From Podarcis tiliguerta (taxonomy: Eukaryota): a stretch of 64,000 nt of DNA. The notes under the pieces were generated by a model. The model searched no databases and was not told where the DNA came from. It saw only the letters and a program-made list of their open reading frames with translations. The position numbers were made by a program, and so were the translations under genes. This document shows positions 36,201-48,800 of the stretch, piece by piece (position 1 is the stretch's first letter; each line of letters starts with the position of its first letter). The stretch is from the NCBI GenBank assembly GCA_965153285.1, contig OZ229112.1. One strand, given 5' to 3'.

Positions 36201-37401
36201 GATAAATAGCTACAATGTAATGGTATTGAGATTGTTTGCAAGTCAGATGTTGTCGATTAGTTTCAAGGCACTATTGCACAAAACATCCATATTGAGATAT
36301 GTTTTAACAAATTTGAAATGTTGAGCTGTAATAGTCTGAAATTCATAGAGTCTCTTACGTTGTGTCTTATAATTAAATTGGTTATTGCTGCCATAAAGGA
36401 TACAGTTTGGGAAAGAATAATGAATGCAAAAGATCTGATTAAACCTTTTTGCATTTATTTAAAACTTTCTGTGTATAAAAATGCTTGCAAAATTTACTGC
36501 ACCTTAAAACAGTTTTGTTGCCTGTACTGTAGTTTACCGGTACATTTATGATATAAATACAGTTATAAGCTGGTGGTTTTGGCTCTCGTGGGTGTAATGG
36601 TTGTATGTCCTTTGATTCAGTATTCGTGGAATAGGAGCAATGGAGCTGGCTACATACGTAGTTGCTTTTGTTACATTTAACTTGTGTACCACAATTTCAA
36701 ATTTTATTTTTATTTACAGTACTTAGACTTTTAACCCCACCCCTGAAAACTCAATACAAGTAGAGAAACAAGTTATAAAAGTACTGTCAAAATAAACATG
36801 TTGCTGCTTCTATGCTACATAAGTCTTCTATGCTACATCAAATGACTTCGCATTGTTAGTGTGTTCAGCTTCTGGGAAGGGACTTCTAGAATGTAGAAGT
36901 GACCACTAAAAGCTAGTGATAGGGTGAATTTAGGTCAGAAAGCCTTGCCCCGTTATAGAGTGTTGAGATCCCTCTGAATTTGGGTCTAGCTAGTAATGGG
37001 ATTTGTCTTTGTTCTTGCTACTCAACTCTGCCTCCAGTCCTCCTGCTTTTCCAAGCAAAGTCCTTGCAATTGAGAAGCTTTAGAATTCATTTCTAATAAA
37101 GGACAAGGCCCACAAGCAGACTTTCCCACTCTCTTAGGATCCCTCTTTGCTGCTGGTTCCTCACTCTGCTTTTCTTGCGATGTTTTGGGAGGGGGAGGGG
37201 ATACAGGGGAACCTGAAGATAAGAGAAGCTCATTTCTCGTTGTTCCTTTATTCCTGAATGTTCTTGGGGGGTGGGGTGGAGATGGGGATGTGCACAAGGT
37301 TTCAGGAAAAGAAAAATGGATTTGGAATCAAGCAAAGGGGAGTTACACAGTCACTACATAAAACTAGGGTGGCCAGATGAAAAAGAAGATAGGGTTCCTG
37401 T

Positions 37402-37533
37402 CATGGGCATAGCCAGGATTTATGTTGGAGGAGCAGGCTTTATGTTAGGGGGCCAGAACCTCAGTAAGTTACGTATTTTAACTGACTGATTTGGGAGAGC
37501 AGCTGCCCACTGCCCCCCTTGGCTACGACCATA
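37402..37533. mobile_element. hAT-like MITE nested in an older hAT-like MITE (~37366-37636)
   Basis: TIR CATGGGCATAGCCA/TGGCTACGACCATA, TSD GTTCCTGT/GCTCCTGT. Host ends TAGGGTGGCCA...GGCAACCTG. Confidence 0.65.
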
Positions 37534-38237
37534 GCTCCTGTGCCTTTAATAGTTGTGTAGAAAAGGTAATTGAAATTCCTCTTCTACATCTAAGTTGCAG
37601 GAGTTCTGTCTTCTGTAAAAAAGGGGGGGCAACCTGGGTAACATGCCAGTTTGCTGTTTGAGGCTTCTCAGAGACCACAATGCGATATGCCTTAGTAAAT
37701 GCATTCTTCCATATGAAATGTTTTTAGGTGTTGGTATTCATGTGTTCTTGGATTGTACCTAGGGTTCTGTTCAGATAAAGATCCCATTAGCGCCATACTT
37801 TGTCTAGAAATAAGTAGAAACAGAGGGGAGCAATCCTGTGAACATCTGGCAGGTCTTTCAGTTATTTTGGTTGGTTATTCATTCTTACCTGGGAGAAAGT
37901 GGAAATGAAAACAATGAGGCTTACTTCAGAGTAGATGCTATCAGATTGCCATGTTAATATCTTATTACTAATTTATATGGTTTAAAAACTTATTTTCATG
38001 AGTCAGTTACTCGGATACCAACATTTCTGAAACAGCTTTAAACATTCTAAATATTAAGGTGGATATTCAGAGAGGGAAGAAACACTACATATGTGTTTAT
38101 TTTTCTCTTAAGAATGGGGGAAGGAACAAATGGTTGTGGAGTGGTACTTTTACAGTACAATCCTGTATGCATGTCTACTCAGAAGTAAGTTCCATTGAGT
38201 TGAAGAAACTCACTCCCAAGCAAGTGTGTATAGTATA

Positions 38238-38603
38238 AAAAGGTAAAGGACCCCTGACAGTTAAGTCCAGTCGCCAACGACTCTAGGGTTGCAGCACTTA
38301 TCTCGCTTTAGTGGCTGAGGGAGCCGATGTTTGTCTGCAGACAGTTTTTCCAGGTCATGTGGCCAGCATGACTAAGCCGCTTCTGGCGAAACCAGAGCAG
38401 TGCACGGAAATGCTGTTTACATTCACCTTCCTGCTGGACTGGTACCTATTTATCTACTTGCATTTTGATGTGCTTTTGAACTGCTAGGTTGGCAGGAGCT
38501 GAGACCAAGCAACGGGAGCTCACCCCGTTGCGGGGATTCGAACCGCCAACCTTCCGATTGGCAAGCCCTAGGCTCAATGGTTTAGACAACAGCGCCACCT
38601 GCG
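38238..38603 (-). mobile_element. Sauria SINE in CDK19 intron 1
   Basis: Same family. Inserted at the end of a short palindromic repeat. Confidence 0.9.
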
Positions 38604-41600
38604 AATAGTGGCCTTCAAATGAATGGAGTCTTTTATAAATTAAATTAAAATGTTTGGAGGGGTGATTTCCTTAGAAGTAAGTTTGATAAATTTGTTGGAG
38701 TGTTAGAACACTTAATATTAAGACATCTTTTTTCTTGGGATTTTAATACATTAAAAAAGGTGTAAAAAAAACCCGTTAAGAGTTCAATCCTATAACATCT
38801 TCTCAGAAGTTAGATCCACTCAGTTCAGTGGAACTTTTTCCTTGGTAAGTGCTTATTTAGGATTATAAAAATGTCTACATAGAAGGCTGCATCATACCTA
38901 CAAAGCTTGTGTTAAAATAAACTTAGCTTAATCATGCTAGGTTAAATGGCTTTGATTTTAATTTTGTGACGCTGAATATCTCTGTGTACCTCATTGTGTC
39001 TAAGCAAATCACACCTATTACATATATGAAGTTTTGAGGTGTATCAGTTAAATAATTTAGAAAAAAGACATCAACAAATACTAAGTTGCAAGAACGGCTC
39101 CTTAAAAAAAATACTTGTTTTTGAATAGAAAAAGCTGTGGCAAAGTTTTAGTGTGGGAATGTTATTGGTAGAAGGAGGCCTCTAGCCGTGTTGCCAGCTA
39201 AAACTCCATAGAAACCCAGCAGTGATGCATATTTATAGTTTGCCAATCACCATGGTACCAAGGCACTGCTATAGCTAAAATCCATTCTACCCATTCTTAT
39301 AGATTGTTTCAGCATCCTTCTTAATCTTTCTGCAGATGAATCTTAAACAAATTGGGAGAATGCATTCAGTACTTAGTACATTTTCATGATTGTTGTTTGC
39401 CCACTTTATATTTTACAGATTCAATAAGTATCATGCAATAAATATTGTTATATCACACTTTTGTCAGCTATGAAATATTGCTTCTAAAACGGTTGCTTTG
39501 CTTGGATAGGTACGCAAAGAAATAATTGCTATGGTAGTAGCTTTTCCCCCTGTAGTGAGTGATGGCATAGCCAGTGGCATATCTCTTTGATTTGGTCAGC
39601 TCTGTAGTAGCTAATCTTAGACCTGATTTATACATGAAATTAACCACAGTGAAAGCTCTTACTCATGTAAGTTTCCCATGCTTGCTATATCTTAAAGAAC
39701 TTGCAGGATATGTTGCCCCATTCACATGTAATATTAGCATGCCAACAATCAGGGTGTGCTATTGGCATGCTAATGTTGCACATGAATGGATGAGCACACT
39801 TTTTTTTTGTATGTGAATTTAAATGTGGTGAAGCACATGTAAAGCTTATCCAGATAAAAGCTTTTCATGTGACCCACATCCTACATGAATCTAGCTTTAG
39901 AGAGGGGTAAGAATAAAGAAAATGCATACCTCCAGTAGTGCTTATTTTAAAAACCTAAATAAACACACTCTTTTGGGAGTTGATGAATGCCTGAAGTGCC
40001 TGGTCAGACCAGTGGGCTGTCGGTGGTGCTTAGTGATTCTGAAAGACTGTTGGTTGTATTGATTAAATAACCTTTTTATTATAGTGCTAACCTTGCATGT
40101 TTGAATTCTGTGTTTGAAGTGATCTTGTCTTTCTAGGCTGCTGAGACAGCCAACTAAACTTGACCTTCCTAAGTCAGTACTCATAGTAAATCAAGAGCTT
40201 TGAGAGGCTGTTGAGGTGGGCTGCATCTGCAAGCTATTTAAACACGAATCTCGGTAATTGTCATTCTGATAGAAACATTCAGACTAGTAAGACAAGTCCG
40301 TCATCTATGAAAATTTAAATCTATTAGCTCCAGTTTAAGAGCTGCTACTTCATGTCAGGAATATTTTGATGATGATGAATAAAATTTATATACTGCCCTT
40401 CGTCCGAAAATCACAGGCTGGTTTACAGTACAAAAACACAAAATACTGTACATAACATAATGATGAAATAACAATGACCCCTTCCAGTTTAAAAGGCCAT
40501 AGATTATTTAATCAGCCAAAGACTTGGGGGAAGAGGAATGTTTCCACCTGACACCTAAAGATATTTAATGAAGGTGCCAGGTAAGCCTCCCTGGGAAGAG
40601 CATGAAAGCTTGCTACTCATCCTTACAGTAACCATAGCACCTCTCCCCAAAGCCATTCCTACCTGTCTGCAGCCTCTCTTCAAACTTTGTGTCCATTATG
40701 CACTTTGTCTTCTGCTCTTGAGCTTACTTTTCTATCACAGAGAATCTGTAACTCCTAGTGCCGTATCTTTGACTACTGGTTTCCTGGAAGTACAGGCATG
40801 ACTTTCTTGCTCTGCCAGTCATGAGAGTAAGTCACTATGAGCTGGCTCACATGACTACCAGCTGTTCATTTCCCCCTGTACAATCTCTGGTGTGTACAGG
40901 ATCATGTGGACCAATCTTGGGGGGAAAAATATCCGACTGTATACGGTGTGAGAAACCTACAATTATTTCTTTGGTAGATTCAGGAAGTTATTCTGCAGTC
41001 TCCATGTATAGCCTCATTCACACCGAGGTTCCTCATGTGAAGATTGACTGGATTCATAACTGTGAACAGGCCCTAAGTAAAACCTGACAAAACTTCAGAT
41101 AGGCTCCCTTTGCTATCCAGTATGAAAGTCTTCAGACAGTCCTGCTCACCTTGCTTGTTTCAAAGCATTTTCTTCCCATTATGAATACTTATCAGATTCA
41201 ACCTGTGAGAAGGGACATCGTTTAATGGCTTTCTAGCCTCTGTGGAGAGCATGCTTAGTGAGTCCCTTCCAAGCTTTATAACTTGACAAACATTTAATCA
41301 GTTTGCTGCATAACGTATTTCCCCTTTTTACTTGCCAAAAATCATTAACAGTATAATGTTGATATATGCAGCATGATCTAAGCATGCTTAATTGTTTGAA
41401 TAATTTTAAGTTTAATTGGTAGATCCTTGTGAGTTCAGTGAACTTAAATGTAAATGTGCATAGGATTGCAGCTAAACTGAATAGTCACTAAACTGAATAG
41501 CGTGTTTATGTCAAACACACACATTTTTTACTTGTGATTGTATTTTTTCATGTAAAGGTGCTTTATATCTATATGTATCAAACTGATGAATGACTTTACC

Positions 41601-44600
41601 CTTCTGAGAAATTAAGTAATTTTTTTGAGGATGATACTTAAAGGGCTTTCAGTGTTTTGCATTTCTAGTACATTTTAGAAAAATTATCCACACCATTGCC
41701 ATAGAAAAGGGCCCATTCTTTTTAAATAAAGAAACTGTTGAGAAGAAAAACCAGTGATAAGATTGAAAAACCTTATGGAATGGAAGTATTCACAAGTCAA
41801 GTGGTATCCAGTCTATTGTCAGTAATGGCAGAAGGTTTGGAAAGAATGTTTTTGTTTGTTTTAATTGTTGTCAGCATCACATAAGTCAATTGTTTAGGGA
41901 AAGAAGCTTTGGCTAGGGTAGACCAGTCAAATATAGCTTACCGTACATTCTAGCTAGCGAGATGTATAGTAGTATGCATATTTACTCAGAAGTAAAGATT
42001 TCATATGTAACTATGCATAGGATCACACACTTTATTTAAAAAACTGAAACTGTGTTTCTGGAAGATGTATCCTTTATTGACCTTGTTTGTTGGTGTTCAT
42101 GAACTGAAACAAAGGCAGTATTTTATCTCAGGTTTCACCTTGGATAAAATACATGAACAGCTGACCTAAAAAAGACTTGTTTGTTTCAAGTCTGAATCCG
42201 CTCCAAGCTGGTGTTTTATGATGAGTTTGCAAGCTTCTTCAGTAACTTTAGTTCCAAAAAAAGTTCCAACTGTATTGTAACGGGGGGGGGGGGGGGAAGG
42301 TTGTGGTACATTCTGTTAATGAAAATATATTGCTTTGAAATATTAGAAAAATATATTTTTGGTACACATGACCCACAAAGTGGATAATTTTGAAAATGTA
42401 TTCCCTTGACACCTTGACGGTAAAGCCTGACAAATTTCTTCATTTGCTTTGACTCATAAGAAGGGCGGGTTGAGTATGCCCTGAAAACTCAGCTCTCCTT
42501 TGTCAGTCTATTTTAGGAATTAAAAGTTGCCTAGTGAAAACAAATTGCAGGCTAGAAATTCTGTACAGTGGGAGAAGAGGTTCTCTCACTCGGTGGCCTT
42601 CTGTGTTTCTGATGCATACTGACCAGCAGAGATGGAGGCAGACTTCAGACCCCAGGTACTTACTTCCCTGGGAATGGATGGGGACTAGTGGTGAAAGAGA
42701 ATTGAGGTGAGGGGCCAGTGATGGTGGCACATAGCAAAGGGGCAGCCAATTCCAGCTGCCCAGTGTCAGATGCAAGGCAGCTGCCACTCACTTTCCTCTC
42801 AATAGCAAGGTCCTTTGTGGGTCCAACTAAGCATGGAACAGGGGTTCCTGAGCCTCTTGGACCATCCACTCTGGAAATACACAGCTGGAGAGTAACCTTT
42901 TTGTCTTGGTATGGTATCAGGAGACAGAAGTGGTGGCAGCTGGAGCCAAAAGGATTTTCATCATGATCCCTAAGCACCGGAGACACGCTTTGTACTCAGC
43001 AAAGGTATCCAAGAGTCAGGAGTAATAACAGCTAGAGGCTTTTCAGCTGGCCAGTTTTCTTCCTCTGCAGCACTGAAGAGAGTGTTTGGCTGGGGATGGG
43101 ACAATGCTGTCTTAACTGGGTGCTGAGGAGATCCCAACAGAGGGAACATGTACGAGAAAGAATGCCACCCTCACTGCTTGTGGTGTGGCTTGATATACCA
43201 TGACCATCTCTTTGCTGTGTTGCTGTCTGATGATTTAAAAATGGGAGAGGCATGTGCACAGATGGAAGGAACAAACCACAGCAGTAGCGGCCATAGAGCA
43301 ACTCTGCACTGGTGAAAAATGGGGACCAGGAAGGAAGGAGGAAGAAAAACTTTATCCATGTGGCCAGATGGGTGGGGTATAAATAATAAATTGTTGTTGT
43401 TGTTTGCTATTATAGCACAACCAAATGACCTGGTAAAGGAGGAACAGACCAATCTATTTCTCCTTCACCCAGCCCAGTTACTATCCTGAATAGAATAAAG
43501 AATAGAATAGCTTTAAAGGTGCTGCAAGGATCTTTGCTACAACACTTACACAGCTACTCTGCTGGAAATTGTTGCTGTAAGCACTCCTGGTGATTGAGCT
43601 AGCCTTGGGTTTGCTTTTTTTACACACTATACCTTTGAAGCACATTCGAAGCACATCGCCCCACAAAGAACCCGGGAAACTGTAGTTTACCCCTCACAAA
43701 GTTATAGTTCCCAGCACCCTTAACAAACTATAGTGCTCAGCACGCTTTGAGTGGAAAAAATGTCTTTGAATATTCTTGGTGTGTATGCCCCCCTCATAGA
43801 ATTGTAGAGTTAGATAGGACCGTGAGGGTCATCTAGTCCAACCACCTGCAAGAAGCTCAATGCTTTCTTGCATGTTCTTTATTAAGTCACAGAGCTTATT
43901 CCCCACCCCTCCCCCCCAAATGAAATGGCAAAAATACACATGAATTATGGTATGAGTCTCATTCATGTATAACTTCCTGCTGGTTGTGTTCTTCACAAAG
44001 AGCTTGTTTCCATAGCCACCAGTTTTTTTCTTGTATTAATCAGTTTTACATAAGATCAGATGTGTAGAGTGACTTTCTTCCTTACTGCATTAACAACATT
44101 CACAAGTGATATATTACAGACTGCAAGGTGCTGTTGATGTCAAATGTAAAAGCATTTTTAATAAATGGAAGAAAATTAACATAAATTGAATATAAACTGT
44201 CACAGAAAGGGGAAAACAAATGAAACCTAACTTACAGTGTTTTAAACCAAAACTGAAAACTGGAACAGATAAAGTGATGTTTGTATTTCAGATAATGTGC
44301 TTAGCACTATCAAGATGTTCCACAACAAAGATTTGTAATCAGGTGTAAGAATTTATAATATTTGTTTCCTTAGTGCTGTGAGACGTATTTCCTTTATCTA
44401 GTTGTTTTCAAGCAGTGTTTTTATATCATGCTTTTATGCAGGATGTAGGATGGCCTTGGGAAGAAAAGCAGGATGTAGTTCAGGATACTAGTGTGTATAG
44501 ATTATTAGGCCATGGTTCTCTGGCAAGTACTGTAAATTAAAGAAAAAATGGTCATGCAACATGCTGCTGTCTCAGATTGAGTTTAATTACTGTGTGATAC

Positions 44601-44924
44601 TCAGTTGTATAGCACCTCACAGCAGTGCCTCATCCTTTATTTTCTTACTGCGTATGGCTGTTCAGAGCTACAATGCATGTCTTCCATGTTTGGTTTCCCT
44701 TTAAGGGTAGGGAAAAAAATAAAATGCACAGTCCTTTCAATTACATGGTATAAGTGTAATGGAACTGTAGTATTGTGTGGCGGGGTGATGGTGTTATATT
44801 TCTTTTGGAAAGACTTTTAAGGCACAATCCTATACTCAATATCTATCAGTTGAGAGACTATAGGATTTGGCTGAATCACTCTTACATAGGCAGAATGCAT
44901 GATTAATCACCATCTATAGATATA

Positions 44925-45170
44925 CCGTATTTTTCGCCCTATAGGGCGCACCGACCCATAGGACGCACCTAGGTTTTTTTGGGGGGGGGAATCAAGGGGG
45001 GGGAATTATTTCCCCCCCAGGTTTGCGCAGCCATCCCCAAGCTAGAAGAGGGAGACGGAGCGCTCCGTCTCCCTCTTCTGCCTTCAGGGACAGCCTCTCT
45101 AGCCTCCGTGGGGCAGCGGCTTGCCCCGCTGTCCCCCGAGCTTGTGGGGCTGGCGATGGGGAGAAGCAAG
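44925..45170. mobile_element. Pogo/Tigger-like MITE, one end only
   Basis: TA followed by CCGTATTTTTCGCCCTATAGG terminus, GC-rich body. No second TIR found. Confidence 0.65.
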
Positions 45171-45751
45171 CTTCAAGTATTTCAATATGAGTAGGAAAAT
45201 GAGAGTACTGCTAAACAATTTTTTAAGGAAAAAAACACTGGGTATAGGATCCTGTTCAACCCCCCTTTCCATGCTGAGAACATGGGAGACCCATCCCACG
45301 ATGAGCAGCAGTGCCCAGCACGCTCCTGGTTGTTTCCCTTTGTGGTTGTTAATCTGCTTGTTCCAGGCAGACTACTGTACCCGTGCAAGCTTCATGGCAG
45401 AGAGTTATGCAGCAGATGAGTATGTTCCTATCTTTGAGCTAGTTCCACAAGGGATACTGCACCTGTTACTCTGCTGTCTGTTGAACAGCTATCTGAGACA
45501 CAGGAACCCTATTATCCATGATGCTGTTCAAGAAAGACTATGAGTTTGCCCTGCTTGTTTTTGTTGTTGTGGAGTGGTAAATAAGAAGATGGGAGGAGCT
45601 TCATGGGCAAAAGGGAATTGGCTTCTCCCCTCTCTCTGCTTACTCATACCACTTTGATAGGTGAATAGGGCCACCCACCTGTGATTCGCCTGATGACAGA
45701 TGACTCACCTTTGAGTGACTCACCTGGGAGTATGTCCCTGTTGACAGGGGT

Positions 45752-45822
45752 TAGAATAGAATTGTAGAGTTGAAAGGGACCTTGATGATCATCTAGTCCA
45801 ACCTTCTGTAATGCAGGAATCT
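45752..45822 (-). mobile_element. Short CR1 3' terminus (related copies at ~22277-22340 and ~43796-43850)
   Basis: AGAATTGTAGAGTTGAAAGGGACC...ATCATCTAGTCCAACC shared by three loci. Confidence 0.65.
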
Positions 45823-47904
45823 CAAAACGTGGTCTCCCATCCAATTTGAAACCATACCAGATCCTGCTTGGCTTTGCAAATGTGTTAGGAGTTTTATTGC
45901 TGTACCACTAGTTCATTGCTTCCCTCTATGTGTGGGCGGTTTATGGGCTTCATTGGCAGTACAAGTCTTGGCTACTTGGTACTGGCAGAGTTTTCAGGTA
46001 TTCTATATGCTTGTCTGTTGTTTTTTTTACACCATTTTGGGATTTTCTGTTTGTATTTTTCTCCTCTTTGCTGAGTGAGCATTGGAGATGGCAGCTGTTT
46101 ACCTATGCATATTGGCATAGCCCCCTAAAGGGGAGGGATAAGTTCTGTTATGAAGTTTTATAGCACAGTAGGAGCAATTGTAATACATACAGACCTTCCA
46201 TTGATCCCTTTGTTTGCTTCTAATTGATTTGAGCAGATTTTTCTATTTACTGCTTGAATAAATATTTCAGAAATTATTCTTAGTTTTGATGGTAACCTGT
46301 CTTCAAAAACTGCATTATTTTTACCTTTAATGTGGTGTTTCAGGAGTTTTAAAGTGTAATTCTTCTCTTCAGAAAGCCTAGGAAACAGGTGTGATTGCAT
46401 TTATCCGAGAACTCAAGAAACACTTCAGACTCCTAGGTGACAGCCTCGCTTGGAAATAGCCATTCATTTTTACAGTTGTTCTGCAGTATATAGTGCAAAC
46501 GGTGCTGTTTTGGAAAATGTTTAAGTGGCAATTTATTTTTTGCCACCTGTACCTGGAATTCTGATTTTTAAAAAATACTTAGTATAAACTTCTGATTCAG
46601 GTCAGTTTCTGAACTACTGATGTCTGAAAGGCTTCTCCTTATCATGAATGATATTGTGGTCACTGCTGCATCCATGCAAATATTTCCACTGTTTATTAGT
46701 TCCTTATAGTACTGTTTCTATGTTTTTGCTGATAACTTTGGAATATACATTTGTTCTTAAGTGTTTTCCCACAATAATTTGTCCTCTCTTCTCACCCTCC
46801 CCTTGAGGCAGGAGGAATGGAATTTTCTTCTATGTCAAACTGGCTGGTGGTCCTGTACTGTGTGGGACATATCTAGCTTGCTATAAATGGGGAGGATTTT
46901 GAATCACCCCCCTCAAATAAAGAGCTTATTAGCTCATGTGTGATAAAAGTAGGATAAGTGAAGATATTCATTTATATTCCATAAAAGGTAAATGAAGATC
47001 TTATCAGTGCTTACTTTGAAAAAAAAACTTTTGAGTAACTTGTATTTTCAAGGTAGCCATAACTGCTTTTGTGTACTGCATGTAGTTCAGCAATACTGAA
47101 GTGGATACAGATGATGTTTTTTTCAGTGAGTTTAAGATGGTTTGAAAGTGCAAGTGATTGCTCATAGTGTTTACTCTCATCCCACTGGTAAGAAGTTTAG
47201 TTTTTTTTAAAAAAAAATACTTGTTTCAGAAACTTGCAAATTGTGTTTAACCAGAAGCAAAAGTTTGGCCAATGAAATGTGTCTATTTGTGGGTATGTTC
47301 TGGGAAGTTAAGCCACTCACAAACACTTTCAACTCTCAAATATTTCTGTTTAGTATCAAAGAATAATCTTTACCTGTTTGTTGTTTTAGTGACTCCTGAA
47401 CTTCCTTGAAAGTCTTGGACTGATAACTATCATGTTTCCAAATAGTGTGCCTATTTATTAAAGAACTGCTCAGTGGATATCTAGGTATTTGGCGCTGTTG
47501 AGACGTAAATCTTGTATATCTACATAAATCTCTGCCTTTTACTTCTGCTGTGTCCATAGATTCCATCGGGCTTCGTATATGGACTTCAAGCCTTGGAGGT
47601 AGCAGAATATTCAGCAGAAGGTAAAGAGGAGTGTTGCCTTCTGGCGTCATAGTGTGTGCTTGTGTGCGAATGTGCGCTGGGGTAGTTAGTGTTGTACAAT
47701 CCTTCTAGGGAAAAGGCAAATATAGTCCTGTCGGCTTGGGATCTTAGTTAATAGAACAGTTATGTCAATAGACTGCCTGTTGTTTGAACTTGGTCAAAAG
47801 TTCCACCATCAAATGTTCCATGAAATCAAGAATGCCCTTGTTTAAGTCTCAGCTTACCACTGTTTCTCATCATAGGCTCACCTGATAGCAATGGAAGGGC
47901 TATA

Positions 47905-48148
47905 TAGTGCTACCTCGGGTTAAGAACTTAATTCGTTCTGGAGGTCCGTTCTTAACCTGAAACTGTTCTTAACCTGAGGTACAAATTTAGCTAATGGGCC
48001 TCCTGCTGCTGCCACACCACCACCGCTGTGTAATTTCTGTTCTCATCCTGAAGCAAAGTTCTTAACGCAAGGTACTATTTCTGGGTTAACGGAGTCTGTA
48101 ACCTGAAGCGTCTGTAACCTGAAGCATCTGTAACCTGAGGTACCACTG
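47905..48148. mobile_element. Tc1/mariner-type MITE (same family)
   Basis: Same TIRs and internal sequence, TA flanks. Confidence 0.88.
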
Positions 48149-48372
48149 TAGAGCCTTTGTCTCCTACTTTAGAGAGAGTGAGGGAGGTCACTCTCACTTG
48201 CACAGACTAGCCTCTCATATAGGACTGGTTATTCCTTTCAACTCTCCTCAGAAGACTTACTCATTCTCCATTCCCAGTTTAGGCCACATGAACCTAACTT
48301 CACTTTCTGTCCTTTCACTTAATGTCTGGTATCTCTCGACATGAGCATAATGCTCAGGAAGAAGCTTGCAGC

Positions 48373-48378
<6 letters not shown>

Positions 48379-48409
<31 letters not shown>
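48379..48409. repeat. (AC)n microsatellite
   Basis: About 15 AC units. Confidence 0.95.
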
Positions 48410-48411
<2 letters not shown>

Positions 48412-48594
48412 CTTCACAGGTTTGAAGGGTTCATGTCGGCATTTGCAGTGAAGTACTTGCGTGTGTTGTCGATACAAGCACACGTTCTGCTCCCTATCAT
48501 TCTGCTGCTTTATGGGAGGGCCGTGGAGGTGGCTGCCACCATTCCATAGAATGCATCTAGTGAGATTCAGTGTGTACGTTTGTGTATTGGTCTT

Positions 48595-48800
48595 AATACA
48601 TAATAAGAGTCTGCTGAATTGGGCCAATGGCCCATCTGCTTCAGCATCCTGTTTTCACAGTGGCCAACCAGATGCCTGTGTGAAGCCCTCAAACAGGACA
48701 TGAGCTCAACAGTGCACTACCCACCTGCAGTTCTGAGCAACTGGTATTCAGAGGCATAGTGCCTCTGACCGTGGAGGAAGAGCATAGCTATTGTAACTAG
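48595..48800 (-). mobile_element. CR1 3' end fragment
   Basis: Reverse-complement similarity to the CR1 3' regions at 22000-22080 and 30480-30610. Confidence 0.6.
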
